DNA from: a virus
Length of the DNA stretch: 64,000 nt
Direction: 5' to 3' (one strand)
IMG/VR virus record: IMGVR_UViG_3300031857_022279
Shown: positions 38,479 through 48,010 of the stretch, piece after piece
How the letters are laid out: the number at the start of each line of letters is the position of its first letter
How positions within the stretch are numbered: position 1 is the stretch's first letter
Program-made: the position numbers and the translations under genes
Notes under the pieces: model-generated
Database searches by the model: none
Told to the model about the DNA's origin: nothing
The model's input: the letters and a program-made list of their open reading frames with translations, nothing else

Positions 38479-39571
38479 CGACTTTTATTTTATCAAAGTA
38501 ATTAACAAAAGTTTCGTGTGGTACCGCAACCGAAATTCTTGATAACTCTGGATTTACAGTTCTATTCAAAGAGAATTTGGTAAGAGGCACCGATGATATC
38601 TGATTGACGAGTAAGATGTCAAAGTCAATTTTTATAATTGCAAAGGGACCAGTTGGTGTTGATGGATATTCATCAAATAAAAATCCTCTCTCTTTTAAGT
38701 AACTAATATTCTTTTTAATACTGTCTTGAGTTTTTAATTTATAATTATCTAATGCCAATTTACCATCATCTGTTGTAAGTAGTCTAGTTATTATTTGCTG
38801 AGGTATTGTTGAAATGGAATTATACTTATATAAAGAACGAATCTTCATTGAGTTATACAATTCTTGATTTTTTGTTGCGATATATCCGACTCTGAGTCCT
38901 GATAAACCCATTGATTTAGAAAAAGATGAAATCACAATTACATTATCGTAAAATAATTCATGAATAGGATCATCAATATCATTGAAAAGAAAGTAATATG
39001 GTAGGTCTAAAATAACTGTAATATTTTTTTCTTTTGAATAGTCTAAGAATTTTTTTAAGTCATAGAAATATGGTGACCATCCAGTTGGATTTGACGGAAA
39101 ACATAACATAACTACTCCTGATGGTCCAAGTATCGGATCCAAAGCTTTGAAGTTGCCAATATTAAAATCATCAAACTCTTGAATATTTTTATTATGAATT
39201 TTAAGAATTTTATTCCAAGATCCCCAGTGATATTTCGGAACCCAGAAGTTTTCTTCTGAAAGTGAATTAATAACTAAATCAAGTGTTGCCATTCCACCGG
39301 GAACAGTCATTACCCAGTGATCTTTCAAGTGAAATTTATCTTTAATTGCTTCTACTAATTTAGTATCACCATCATTACCACCATATTGCTGAACAGATTT
39401 TTGATTATAGTCAAAGTCATTCATGAACGAATTTAAATCGATTAAATCTACATCCATTACTCCTCTGTGTAGTTTCAAGTAAGGTTTTCTAGTTTTCTTT
39501 TCTAGATTTTGACATCTTTCACCTATTTCAACAATTGACGAGTAAGTAACTGGGGAATGATTAATTTTCAT
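38459..39571 (-). CDS. PLP-dependent class I/II aminotransferase
   Basis: PSNPTG, ILDLPY, SSFSKSMGLSGLRVGY (PLP lysine). Confidence 0.88.
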   Translation of the reverse strand: MKINHSPVTYSSIVEIGERCQNLEKKTRKPYLKLHRGVMDVDLIDLNSFMNDFDYNQKSVQQYGGNDGDTKLVEAIKDKFHLKDHWVMTVPGGMATLDLVINSLSEENFWVPKYHWGSWNKILKIHNKNIQEFDDFNIGNFKALDPILGPSGVVMLCFPSNPTGWSPYFYDLKKFLDYSKEKNITVILDLPYYFLFNDIDDPIHELFYDNVIVISSFSKSMGLSGLRVGYIATKNQELYNSMKIRSLYKYNSISTIPQQIITRLLTTDDGKLALDNYKLKTQDSIKKNISYLKERGFLFDEYPSTPTGPFAIIKIDFDILLVNQISSVPLTKFSLNRTVNPELSRISVAVPHETFVNYFDKIKVDEQVSI

Positions 39572-39885
39572 AATACTTCATTTAAAATTTTTCTGAATTC
39601 GTTTTCAATTTCACGAATTTTTCTTCTAGTAGACTTTATATCAAATTGCATTCGATAGAAGTTTACCTTATCTTCATCATCTTCATTGAGCAGAGATACT
39701 TTAAATTCAACATTTTTTTCTAACGACGTGATTTTATCTTTTAGAATCTCTTTAGTTAATTTAATGGGTCCTAATTCAGAATTTACTATAAATTCTCCTG
39801 ATTCATCGAACTCTACTTCACTATCTCTAGTAAGTACAGTTTTATCTAAAATAGTTAGATCTTGTGTAAGTTTATATTTAGCCAT
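39568..39885 (-). CDS. Hypothetical protein
   Basis: 105-aa ORF, 4-nt overlap with the aminotransferase start. Confidence 0.7.
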   Translation of the reverse strand: MAKYKLTQDLTILDKTVLTRDSEVEFDESGEFIVNSELGPIKLTKEILKDKITSLEKNVEFKVSLLNEDDEDKVNFYRMQFDIKSTRRKIREIENEFRKILNEVL

Positions 39886-39931
39886 AGGATTTAATATATA
39901 GAATGTAGTTGAAAATAACTTTAAAGTTTAA

Positions 39932-41221
39932 ATGATAAAAAAGTATAACGATTTTATTCTTGAATCTAAAATTCCAAGTCTTATACTTGAAGGTGAATTT
40001 TCTGGTTCAATTAATTTCATTGAAAGATTAAGAAAAATATCCAAGACTAGTAAAGTAGCTGGTGAACTTCATAGACTTTTTGGATTTGAATTAGAGGTGG
40101 ATAAAGATCTATCACAAAACTATATTGATGTGACTGATAAGGATGACACTGTTACTTTCATTTCCGACCAGAGAGTTTCGAGACTTCCACTAGATAGTTC
40201 ACCATATATGTCATCTAGTAGAAGTGAAATAAAAGTCGGAAGATTTGCAAGAGCTATTCTCACTGACCCTGAAATAAAAAAACAAATAGGGTTCACTGCG
40301 ACATTTACAGATAAGGATTTTGAAGATTTTGTAAACTTATATAAGGCTGGTAATACTCAAGTTAAAAACGAGTTTAAGCTAGTCAATAGTTCTAAAATTT
40401 CAAGATATTATTACGAAGATACTTACGCTTATCAAAAAGGCGATCTCGGTAACTCTTGTATGAAATATGAGAGTTGCCAAGACTATTTCGGAATATATGA
40501 AGAAAATAGTGATGTTTGTAGTCTTTTAGTTTATCTTGATTCTGCTGGTTATGTACTTGGAAGAGCACTTGTTTGGAGTGTTTCAAAATCCCCTTGTAGT
40601 GCTAAAAAATTTATGGACAGAATTTATACAGCAAGTGATAGTGATAGATATAAGTTTATAGAGTGGGCAAATGAAAATGATTGTATGTACAAGTACAAAA
40701 ATAGTTCTGACGAGACAGAAGGACTTTTTTTTAAATATAAAGGTGAAATTTTTCTTGGTGAGGTAGTTGTAAATTTGAAAAAAGTTAATTTTGATGAATA
40801 TCCATACGTAGATACTTTAAGATATCTAAACAAAAAAGACAAGACTCTTAGTAATGTCGGTTCAAAAAAAGTTAAAATTCTCAATGATACTGGAGGAGGA
40901 TGGGATCATTGTTGGCATTGTGATGAATCTGGAGTTGATGAAGGAGAATGTCAGGTATGTGATGGTGGTGGAACAGTCAATTGTAAAAAATGCGGAGGTA
41001 CTGGAACTCATGAGGATAAAAAGTGTAAAAAATGTGATGGTGAGGGATGGAGAGATTGTAAAGAATGTGACGGTAGTGGTAGTGTAAAGATACCTTGTCC
41101 TGAATGCGCTGGATCGTACAGATCATCTCTTGAATCTGGTAGTTTTCCTTCAGAGTTAAAAGATTTAGTTAAATCAGAACTAGAGAGAATGAAACTCGAA
41201 AACTCTTATCGACCTAAATAG
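39932..41221 (+). CDS. Paralog of 25991..27871 with C-terminal DnaJ-like CxxCxGxG zinc-finger repeats
   Basis: LGNSCMKYE...GRALVW...DRIY; then CWHCDESG, CQVCDGGG, CKKCGGTG, CKKCDGEG, CKECDGSG, CPECAGS. Confidence 0.8.
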   Translation: MIKKYNDFILESKIPSLILEGEFSGSINFIERLRKISKTSKVAGELHRLFGFELEVDKDLSQNYIDVTDKDDTVTFISDQRVSRLPLDSSPYMSSSRSEIKVGRFARAILTDPEIKKQIGFTATFTDKDFEDFVNLYKAGNTQVKNEFKLVNSSKISRYYYEDTYAYQKGDLGNSCMKYESCQDYFGIYEENSDVCSLLVYLDSAGYVLGRALVWSVSKSPCSAKKFMDRIYTASDSDRYKFIEWANENDCMYKYKNSSDETEGLFFKYKGEIFLGEVVVNLKKVNFDEYPYVDTLRYLNKKDKTLSNVGSKKVKILNDTGGGWDHCWHCDESGVDEGECQVCDGGGTVNCKKCGGTGTHEDKKCKKCDGEGWRDCKECDGSGSVKIPCPECAGSYRSSLESGSFPSELKDLVKSELERMKLENSYRPK

Positions 41222-41697
41222 TTGAAAAGTTCGATTATATTCTTAATTGTAAACTGTAGACTTTCTAGATTCTTATTTGTTTGTCTTAAAAACTCAATAT
41301 AATTTTCAATTAATTCAACATTCCTTTGTTCTTCAGAGACGTGAGCTTCTATTAGAAGAGTTTTCTCTCCCATATTTGTTTTGATTCCAAAAGAAGTAGC
41401 ATACCACACAAACTTATCTTGTTTGATTCTTTTAAGTTTTACATCTTGCTTGCTTCTTTTATCCAGGAATACAGATATTTGTTCATTTAAAGATTGTCTG
41501 TAAGTAAGACAAAGTGACTGTGTATCAAGAATTTGTTGCGAAGTTTTTGCAGTTATTTCAAACTTTAACACTTCGAATAGTGGTGTAATTAACTTGGACC
41601 ACTCTTCTCTTTTAGTATTAAAAAAGTCTTCAAGGCGATCATTAGTATCTTTGAGTCTAGAAATTTTATCTAATTCTTCTTGAGAATAAATGTTCAA
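41206..41697 (-). CDS. Possible UvsY-like recombination mediator
   Basis: All-helical, 163 aa; C-terminal YIEFL...NL....F.IKN.IE resembles UvsY C-termini; uvsX and uvsW are present in the window. Confidence 0.4.
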   Translation of the reverse strand: MNIYSQEELDKISRLKDTNDRLEDFFNTKREEWSKLITPLFEVLKFEITAKTSQQILDTQSLCLTYRQSLNEQISVFLDKRSKQDVKLKRIKQDKFVWYATSFGIKTNMGEKTLLIEAHVSEEQRNVELIENYIEFLRQTNKNLESLQFTIKNIIELFNYLGR

Positions 41698-41774
41698 CTG
41701 TTAAAAAATTATTTTTTATTTATAGTAGGAAAAAGACAAGGAGTTAGATATATAAGTTAAAATTTAATAATTTT

Positions 41775-42194
41775 ATGGTTACATCGAGTCAATGTCAGAA
41801 AAAATATGGAACACCTTCTAAAGATAATAGTTGTATGACACTTTGGGATGTTCCTTCAGCTTTAGAGATTGGAGTTATCCCAAAAAAAATCTATATGAAT
41901 AAAGATATGGTTGATCCCCTTAAAAAGGCTTTCGGTAATCTTATTAGTCGTGGATTTGTTGAAGAATTGAAAACTTGGGATGGTTGTTTTAACATAAGAA
42001 AGAAAAGAGGTGGTACGACCATGAGCCTACATTCCTGGGCCATTGCAGTAGATGTTAACGCTTTTGAGAATGGTTTTGGAAAAGAACCAAAATTGAGTTC
42101 GGGATTTGTAAAATGTTTTACCGATGCCGGTTTTGATTGGGGAGGTACTTGGAAAAAGAAAGATGGTATGCACTTTCAATTATCAAAAATCTAA
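41775..42194 (+). CDS. M15-family zinc peptidase (candidate endolysin)
   Basis: GCFNIR...SLHSWAIAVDVN...WGG.W...DGMHFQ (SxHxxxxxxD, H). Confidence 0.85.
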   Translation: MVTSSQCQKKYGTPSKDNSCMTLWDVPSALEIGVIPKKIYMNKDMVDPLKKAFGNLISRGFVEELKTWDGCFNIRKKRGGTTMSLHSWAIAVDVNAFENGFGKEPKLSSGFVKCFTDAGFDWGGTWKKKDGMHFQLSKI

Positions 42195-42195
42195 A

Positions 42196-43347
42196 TTACT
42201 TGAGAACATTGACAACTTCAGTGAAGTATTTACACACATCTTCATTTTTTCCATCATAGTCGAATACACTCAAAACGTATCTCATAGCATTCAATCTGCC
42301 TATCTTCTTATCATTTGAGTTTATTATTACCCAAGGAACTCTTGAAGTAGATGTCTTGTTAAACATCTGATTTTTATATTTAGTGATGATGTCCCACTTA
42401 TCAATTACCTTAGCGTCATTTGGAGAAAATTTCCAATATTTTAAAGGCGAAGTTTGTCTAAGTTGAAATCTTAGTTCTTGTTTTTCTCTTGTGATTGAAA
42501 ACCATAACTTTATTACTGTTACTCCACTTTTATAAAGCTTATCTTCCCAAGAATTAACACCTTCCATAAAATCCATATATTGCTCTTCTGTGCAATAACC
42601 CATAGCTGGTTCAACAACCGCTCTATTGTACCAAGATCTATCGAAAAAAACTATCTCACCAGGTTTTGGCAAATATTTTTCATATCTTCCAAACCAGTTT
42701 TGTCTTTCTTCGTCTGTTGGTACACCAAGAGCCACAACTCTGTAGTATTTTGGATTTAAATATTCAGTGAATCTTTTAATTGTAGAACCTTTTCCTGCTG
42801 AATCTCTGCCTTCAAACACTATAGCAACTCTCTCTCCACTTTTAACAATCCACTCTTGTAGTTTTAACAATTCAACTTGAATATCATACTTTTCTTCTTC
42901 ATATTTTCTTTTTGTTAATATTGAAGATTCTCCTTCTATTTTATCAAATTTATCTTCTTCACTCTCAACTGGCTGACCTTCTTCGAATCTATTATCTAGA
43001 CTGTAGTAGTAATCTCTAAACTCTTCTTTTACTTTCCTTTTAGTGTTTCTCTTTTTAAGATCTAAAATTTGTGATATTTTTCTTAAAAATGAATCTATGT
43101 TAAATTGATCAACAACATCTTTTCCTAATTCGGAATTTAATTGTGACAATATTTGAGAAATGTTTATATTATCAAATTTTTTATACTCAATTTTATTTGT
43201 CTTTATATTATATTCTATATTATCAAGAATAGAAGATCTATACTCATCAAGATTTTTCTTAACTTTATCAATTAGATTTGAAAACTCTTCTTTAGATAAT
43301 TTACCTATATTAAGTTCTTCGTTTATAAAATTTATGAATTTCAACAT
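42196..43347 (-). CDS. ppk2: Polyphosphate kinase 2 with N-terminal extension
   Basis: FEGRDSAGKG (Walker A), LP..GEIVFFDRSWYNR (Walker B), R...PLKYWKFSPND. Confidence 0.93.
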   Translation of the reverse strand: MLKFINFINEELNIGKLSKEEFSNLIDKVKKNLDEYRSSILDNIEYNIKTNKIEYKKFDNINISQILSQLNSELGKDVVDQFNIDSFLRKISQILDLKKRNTKRKVKEEFRDYYYSLDNRFEEGQPVESEEDKFDKIEGESSILTKRKYEEEKYDIQVELLKLQEWIVKSGERVAIVFEGRDSAGKGSTIKRFTEYLNPKYYRVVALGVPTDEERQNWFGRYEKYLPKPGEIVFFDRSWYNRAVVEPAMGYCTEEQYMDFMEGVNSWEDKLYKSGVTVIKLWFSITREKQELRFQLRQTSPLKYWKFSPNDAKVIDKWDIITKYKNQMFNKTSTSRVPWVIINSNDKKIGRLNAMRYVLSVFDYDGKNEDVCKYFTEVVNVLK

Positions 43348-43376
43348 ATGCTATTTTATTTTAGACAATTTATATA

Positions 43377-44282
43377 TTAAATCTTCTTATCAAAAATATA
43401 CAAGTCATAAATAGCATTTCCTTTTACGGTTTTAATGCTTTTTAAAACTTGACCTGTTGTAGAGTCAAGGACTTTAAATACTCCTAAGTTAACTCCTTTA
43501 TCATCTAACACTTTGACAGTATTTCCAGGTTCACCTAACGCTCCTAAAATAGCCAAATATTTATTCCCATAAATACTTTTTAAGAAAGATATTCTTACAT
43601 TTTCAACATTCTTCAAATTGTTTACATAAGCATTATCAAGAGGGCTATTTAAATCCAATTTTGATGATGTGTCTTTTACTCTTATTGTAACAAACTTTCT
43701 CTCATCTTGACTAAGTGTAACTTCTTCTCTATTTTGAATGACGTTTTGTTTAACTAAATTTTGTTGGTTTCTTCTAATCGCATTAAAATCTGCTTTAACA
43801 ATTATCCCGCCTCTCATTCCTTTATCATTCATATTATACCCATTAGGTGGAAGTCTATAGAATGAACCAGTAAACGTCATAGATAAGATTCTATCACTTC
43901 TAAAAAGTCTCCAAATTTTATTTATATGTCTGTTTTTAGATACAGACCACCCATTAAGGTGCCACCCTCTTAAAAGTGGTTTACCTTTAGAAGAACGTCC
44001 GAGTACCATTGGATAAATAACACGTTCATGTCCTGCAAAATGCTTATCTTTCTCACCTTTGTAGTTTATCAAAAATATCATTCCATATTGAATGGCTTTA
44101 ATCATTAACTTTTCATCGTACTTTATTGGTTCATTAATTGGTACGTTTTGAAAGTCTTTAATATTTTTGAGTGAGAAACGAGGAATAAATTCCCTATCTT
44201 CTTTTAAATCATTATAGGATTCTTTTACAATAAATTCTACATTTTTAGTATTAAAGTAAGATTTTGATTGTGAAATATTCAT
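43377..44282 (-). CDS. WYL-like domain protein
   Basis: Y.GE...ERVIYPMVLG...LLRGWHL.G.S...WRLFRSDRI. Confidence 0.55.
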   Translation of the reverse strand: MNISQSKSYFNTKNVEFIVKESYNDLKEDREFIPRFSLKNIKDFQNVPINEPIKYDEKLMIKAIQYGMIFLINYKGEKDKHFAGHERVIYPMVLGRSSKGKPLLRGWHLNGWSVSKNRHINKIWRLFRSDRILSMTFTGSFYRLPPNGYNMNDKGMRGGIIVKADFNAIRRNQQNLVKQNVIQNREEVTLSQDERKFVTIRVKDTSSKLDLNSPLDNAYVNNLKNVENVRISFLKSIYGNKYLAILGALGEPGNTVKVLDDKGVNLGVFKVLDSTTGQVLKSIKTVKGNAIYDLYIFDKKI

Positions 44283-44297
44283 AGTCTATATATAAAA

Positions 44298-44330
44298 AAA
44301 CAAAACCCAACCTAAAGTTGGGTTTTGTTT
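44298..44330 (-). terminator. Terminator after the M43 protease gene
   Basis: AAACAAAACCCAAC-ctaaa-GTTGGGTTTTGTTT. Confidence 0.75.
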
Positions 44331-44345
44331 CAATATGTTTTATTT

Positions 44346-46265
44346 TTATTCTTTTACAAACTTAATTGTTTTAAATGATTCTCTATCAAAAACAGAAAGG
44401 ATGTAGTATCCTTTTTCACAATTTTGTAAGTTCATTTCTACAAAATTTTTCCCAACTTTCGCTTGGAAATTAGTTTTCTGAACAATCCTGCCAGTAGCAT
44501 CAGTAATAGTAATGTCATAATATGATTCATTTTTTGATTCGAAGTTTACATTAAGAAGTTCTTTTGCTGGGTTTGGGAACACAGAAATTGATTCTAATTT
44601 TTCTCTATCGATTGATACTATTTCAGAAGTACTTTCCGACTCTCTGAATGTTGCTGAACTTGTCGATGCTAATAAATTATAGCAAAGTGTGGAGTTAAAA
44701 GCTCCTGCATACCCAAAAACGTATACCTTGTAAGTTCCTACTGGGCCATTATTATAAATGATTAGTTCTGAAGTTGTGCCACTGTTTAAGGAAGATCCGA
44801 CTTGAACATTTGAAGGGTTGTAAAGTCTTACATCATAATCAGCTGGTAAATTACTAAGATTTATTTTTACATTTCTATTTGTTGTCGTTGTGGTGAATTT
44901 GAAATAGTCTTTATCAGTGCTGGTTGAAATTCTTGCAGTAATTGTTGTATTTACTGGTATAGTTTTAGCAGTGTTTAGACTATTATTCGACTCATAAGTA
45001 TCTGTACAACTAGTTGACTGAGAAAGAGTTGTAAAACTCGATTGAGTTGAGTAATTACTTGTTGTAGTTCCACAAACTGACTGAACTTGGAAATTATAAG
45101 TTGTGTTAGTGGTGAGACCTGTCAGTGAAACTGAAGTTGAAGTCGTGTTCACAGTAGTCCAAGTACTAGATGTGGAAAGCTTCCACTGTAGATTATAAGA
45201 ACTTACTCCCGCAATAGATGACCAAGATATAGTCGCAGTATTAGTTGTTACGATTGATGAAGAAACTCCCGAAGGAACTGAACAGGTTGTTGTATTCGGA
45301 GCAGAACATCCAAGAGATGTCAAAAGAGAAGATCTTGCGCCTCCAGATGTAAAAAGAGCTTGACTTCTTACCGCCTGACCATTTGAGAACATATACATAC
45401 ATGCGTCATCTGTATAATCCATAAAATTCATTGTCATTTCAACAGGAGATCCAGTACAAGTTGAAAGATGTGGATATGTTGGACACCCATAATTTGCAGT
45501 ATTATGAGTTGGTGTATCAGACACTAAGTCACTTCCACAGTTAGCATCTCCCCATATGTGTCTGAGATTTAACCAGTGACCCACTTCGTGTGTTGCTGTT
45601 CTTCCAAGTCCAAATGCTCCTCCAGAAGGATTTGAAACACTACCAACACAAGATGAAGTAAGTACAACTCCATCAGTTGCAACAGTTCCACCTGGAAATT
45701 GAGCGTATCCTAAAACACCACCACTAAGATTACAAACCCAAATGTTTAAATAACTTGAACTAGGCCAAGCATCAAGACCTCCTTGAGCAAAATACTTAAC
45801 AGTATTATTAGTTGAAAAGGATGTTGCTGTTGTTTGTCTTCTTTGAATTCCTGTTGTTGGATTTCCATTCGGATCTCTTGTCGCGAGACAAAATTGTATA
45901 TCCATGTTTCCTGTTGGTTGAAAGACAGAAGGAGTACTAGAATTATCACTGTTTAATTTAGAAAAATCTAAATTTAATTGACTTAACTGTGAGTTTATTT
46001 TAGAGTCACTTATATTTTGTGAAGTAGTATTGTAAACTATGTGAAAAACTACTGGTATTGTTACAATTGCTCTTGATGAGCCATCATAGTTTCTAATAAA
46101 ATCATTTGTAAATTGTTCAATCTGTTCTTGATTGATTTGATAGTTTGGATCAATCAATAATTGACTCTGATGATATTCATCTTGACCACAAATCCGTTGT
46201 GAATATGATTCACTAAATAAAAATAGTGAAACACCTAATAATAGAAAATTAATAAACTTTTTCAT
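44346..46265 (-). CDS. M43 (pappalysin/ulilysin-like) zinc metalloprotease with FN3, PPC-like and T9SS sorting domains
   Basis: Signal peptide MKKFINFLLLG...SYS|Q; RICG propeptide; GRTATHEVGHWLNLRHIWGD; NFMDYT Met-turn; FN3; C-terminal VFPNPAK...DATGR...GYYILSV...KFVKE. ORF track starts at 46313. Confidence 0.9.
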   Translation of the reverse strand: MKKFINFLLLGVSLFLFSESYSQRICGQDEYHQSQLLIDPNYQINQEQIEQFTNDFIRNYDGSSRAIVTIPVVFHIVYNTTSQNISDSKINSQLSQLNLDFSKLNSDNSSTPSVFQPTGNMDIQFCLATRDPNGNPTTGIQRRQTTATSFSTNNTVKYFAQGGLDAWPSSSYLNIWVCNLSGGVLGYAQFPGGTVATDGVVLTSSCVGSVSNPSGGAFGLGRTATHEVGHWLNLRHIWGDANCGSDLVSDTPTHNTANYGCPTYPHLSTCTGSPVEMTMNFMDYTDDACMYMFSNGQAVRSQALFTSGGARSSLLTSLGCSAPNTTTCSVPSGVSSSIVTTNTATISWSSIAGVSSYNLQWKLSTSSTWTTVNTTSTSVSLTGLTTNTTYNFQVQSVCGTTTSNYSTQSSFTTLSQSTSCTDTYESNNSLNTAKTIPVNTTITARISTSTDKDYFKFTTTTTNRNVKINLSNLPADYDVRLYNPSNVQVGSSLNSGTTSELIIYNNGPVGTYKVYVFGYAGAFNSTLCYNLLASTSSATFRESESTSEIVSIDREKLESISVFPNPAKELLNVNFESKNESYYDITITDATGRIVQKTNFQAKVGKNFVEMNLQNCEKGYYILSVFDRESFKTIKFVKE

Positions 46266-46312
46266 CGAATTTTTTATTTTTATATATCTTTTTTTGACTC
46301 TTTTAAAAAACA

Positions 46313-46342
46313 AAAAAGACCCAAATAAATTTGGGTCTTTTT
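46313..46342 (-). terminator. Terminator after the small lipoprotein gene
   Basis: AAAAAGACCCAAA-ta-aaTTTGGGTCTTTTT inverted repeat. Confidence 0.65.
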
Positions 46343-46365
46343 CTTCTTCAATTTTTATTTGTGAA

Positions 46366-46533
46366 TTAGTACTGCAAACTATCTACTGATACTGTATCTA
46401 CTTGAGACTCAGTACACAAAGAGTCAGTTGATACTGAAGTAGAGTCTTGTGAAGTAGTACTAGATTCTGAAGTTCCGCCACCACATGAAACTAAGAAAAT
46501 TGAAGTAAAAGCGATTAAAAAATATTTATTCAT
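46366..46533 (-). CDS. Small lipoprotein, 55 aa (absent from ORF track)
   Basis: MNKYFLIAFTSIFLVSCGGGTSESSTTSQDSTSVSTDSLCTESQVDTVSVDSLQY*: SPII signal with LVS|C lipobox and S/T/D-rich tail. Confidence 0.75.
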   Translation of the reverse strand: MNKYFLIAFTSIFLVSCGGGTSESSTTSQDSTSVSTDSLCTESQVDTVSVDSLQY

Positions 46534-46612
46534 TTGTTTGATTTTAATTACTTATAGTATAGTTTTATAAAGACAGAAAGTTTTATGAGTTACAAAAAAT
46601 TATATATAGACT

Positions 46613-47305
46613 ATGATAAAAACAAGCGAAGATGCTAATAAATATTACCAACTAGTTAATCAATATATCGATGAGTATGTTGAAACCTGGAATATTAAAC
46701 CAACAAATTTAAAATCTTACCTACTTGGAAATAAATCTAATTTACTAAAATTTTTAGAAAGAAGAGGATTGTCCGAAGTATCAAATATTGAAACTGTATT
46801 GTCGGATGTTATTGATGATAGAGTCTCAATGTTTAAAGACTCTGTAATGACTTTTGAAAATTTTAAGTTCCTAGAATCAAATGAATTTCAAATACTTGAT
46901 TTAAGAACTAGTTTATTCAAAGGAGTGCAAAAAGCTTCTATAGATCATGAAAAGATATTAGCTGACTTTTTCGACGTATCTCTATCACAAATTGATGTTA
47001 TTAACAGTGATGAGCATACTTTTTCAATTGACAATGATAAAATTTATGTATTTTCTAACTCTGAAAAATTAATATTAGAAGAAAATATATTGATTCATAT
47101 TTATAATAAACTTAAAGATCAAAAATTAGTTATTAATATTGGAAATCAATTAATTGAAATTTCTTCTGATGTTTATTTAAAGACATATGAAGATTTCAAA
47201 ACAAAAATGACTATTAAAGACGAGTTATCAAACTATATCGCAGCATGTCTTGGTGGAGAATTCAAAGAAGACAATGCAGGAAATTTGATAATCAATATCA
47301 TGTAA
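46613..47305 (+). CDS. Hypothetical protein
   Basis: 230-aa ORF; TATATATAgactATG upstream. Confidence 0.75.
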   Translation: MIKTSEDANKYYQLVNQYIDEYVETWNIKPTNLKSYLLGNKSNLLKFLERRGLSEVSNIETVLSDVIDDRVSMFKDSVMTFENFKFLESNEFQILDLRTSLFKGVQKASIDHEKILADFFDVSLSQIDVINSDEHTFSIDNDKIYVFSNSEKLILEENILIHIYNKLKDQKLVINIGNQLIEISSDVYLKTYEDFKTKMTIKDELSNYIAACLGGEFKEDNAGNLIINIM

Positions 47306-47338
47306 CATCATGATTCACTAAACTAATATTTCTCGCCT

Positions 47339-47605
47339 ATGAAATACCTTGAATGTTGGAGTGAATGGAATCCTAAACATTTGTTAATGTCTAAAGAATA
47401 TGTGGATTCTAATTTAGGACAATTGTTTCGTATGTTCCCTCAAGATTCTGAATTGTCTGATGAGGCTAAGTATGATTTTCTTGTCAAATTTTTCTCTGAA
47501 GATCCTGATAGAATAAACACTTATAGTGTTTATAGTGTGGGTAAACCTAATCAAATGAGTGTACCTTCTCTTATGAATATTGGAGGTGTTGTGAAATACC
47601 ACTGA
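47339..47605 (+). CDS. Hypothetical protein
   Basis: 88-aa ORF, MKYLE N-terminus. Confidence 0.6.
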   Translation: MKYLECWSEWNPKHLLMSKEYVDSNLGQLFRMFPQDSELSDEAKYDFLVKFFSEDPDRINTYSVYSVGKPNQMSVPSLMNIGGVVKYH

Positions 47606-47648
47606 TGATATTATCGAGAATCTCGATAAATAAAAAATAAATTGAACT

Positions 47649-47951
47649 ATGGACGTTTTCTCATTTTTTAACACCGTACTTGCACTTTCTGCTGCAGTTA
47701 TTGTTCTTAACGAATATGTTTCACGTTTCACTAAGGCTGATGGCCGTTGGTCTAGACTTCAATCTTGGGTAGTTGCTATTTTACTTGGTATCTTTGGTAC
47801 TTGGTTGAATTTAGGCATCTTCGCAGATATGGAATGGAAAGGTGGAATGCTTGTTGGTGTTATTTGTGGTCTAGTGGCTAATGGTATCTTTGATATCGAA
47901 ATGGTTAAGAGACTTCTTGAGACTCTCAGAGTTAGATCTTTGAAAGCTTAA
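47649..47951 (+). CDS. Holin-like membrane protein
   Basis: 100 aa, three hydrophobic segments, SWVVAI.LG...W...G...GLVANG.FD, basic C-terminus. Confidence 0.55.
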   Translation: MDVFSFFNTVLALSAAVIVLNEYVSRFTKADGRWSRLQSWVVAILLGIFGTWLNLGIFADMEWKGGMLVGVICGLVANGIFDIEMVKRLLETLRVRSLKA

Positions 47952-47969
47952 TTTTATTTTATTAATAAA

Positions 47970-47995
47970 AAAACCCAGTCAATTGACTGGGTTTT
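47970..47995. terminator. Bidirectional terminator
   Basis: AAAACCCAGTC-aatt-GACTGGGTTTT between convergent genes. Confidence 0.75.
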
Positions 47996-48010
47996 CTTTT
48001 GAGTTAATTT

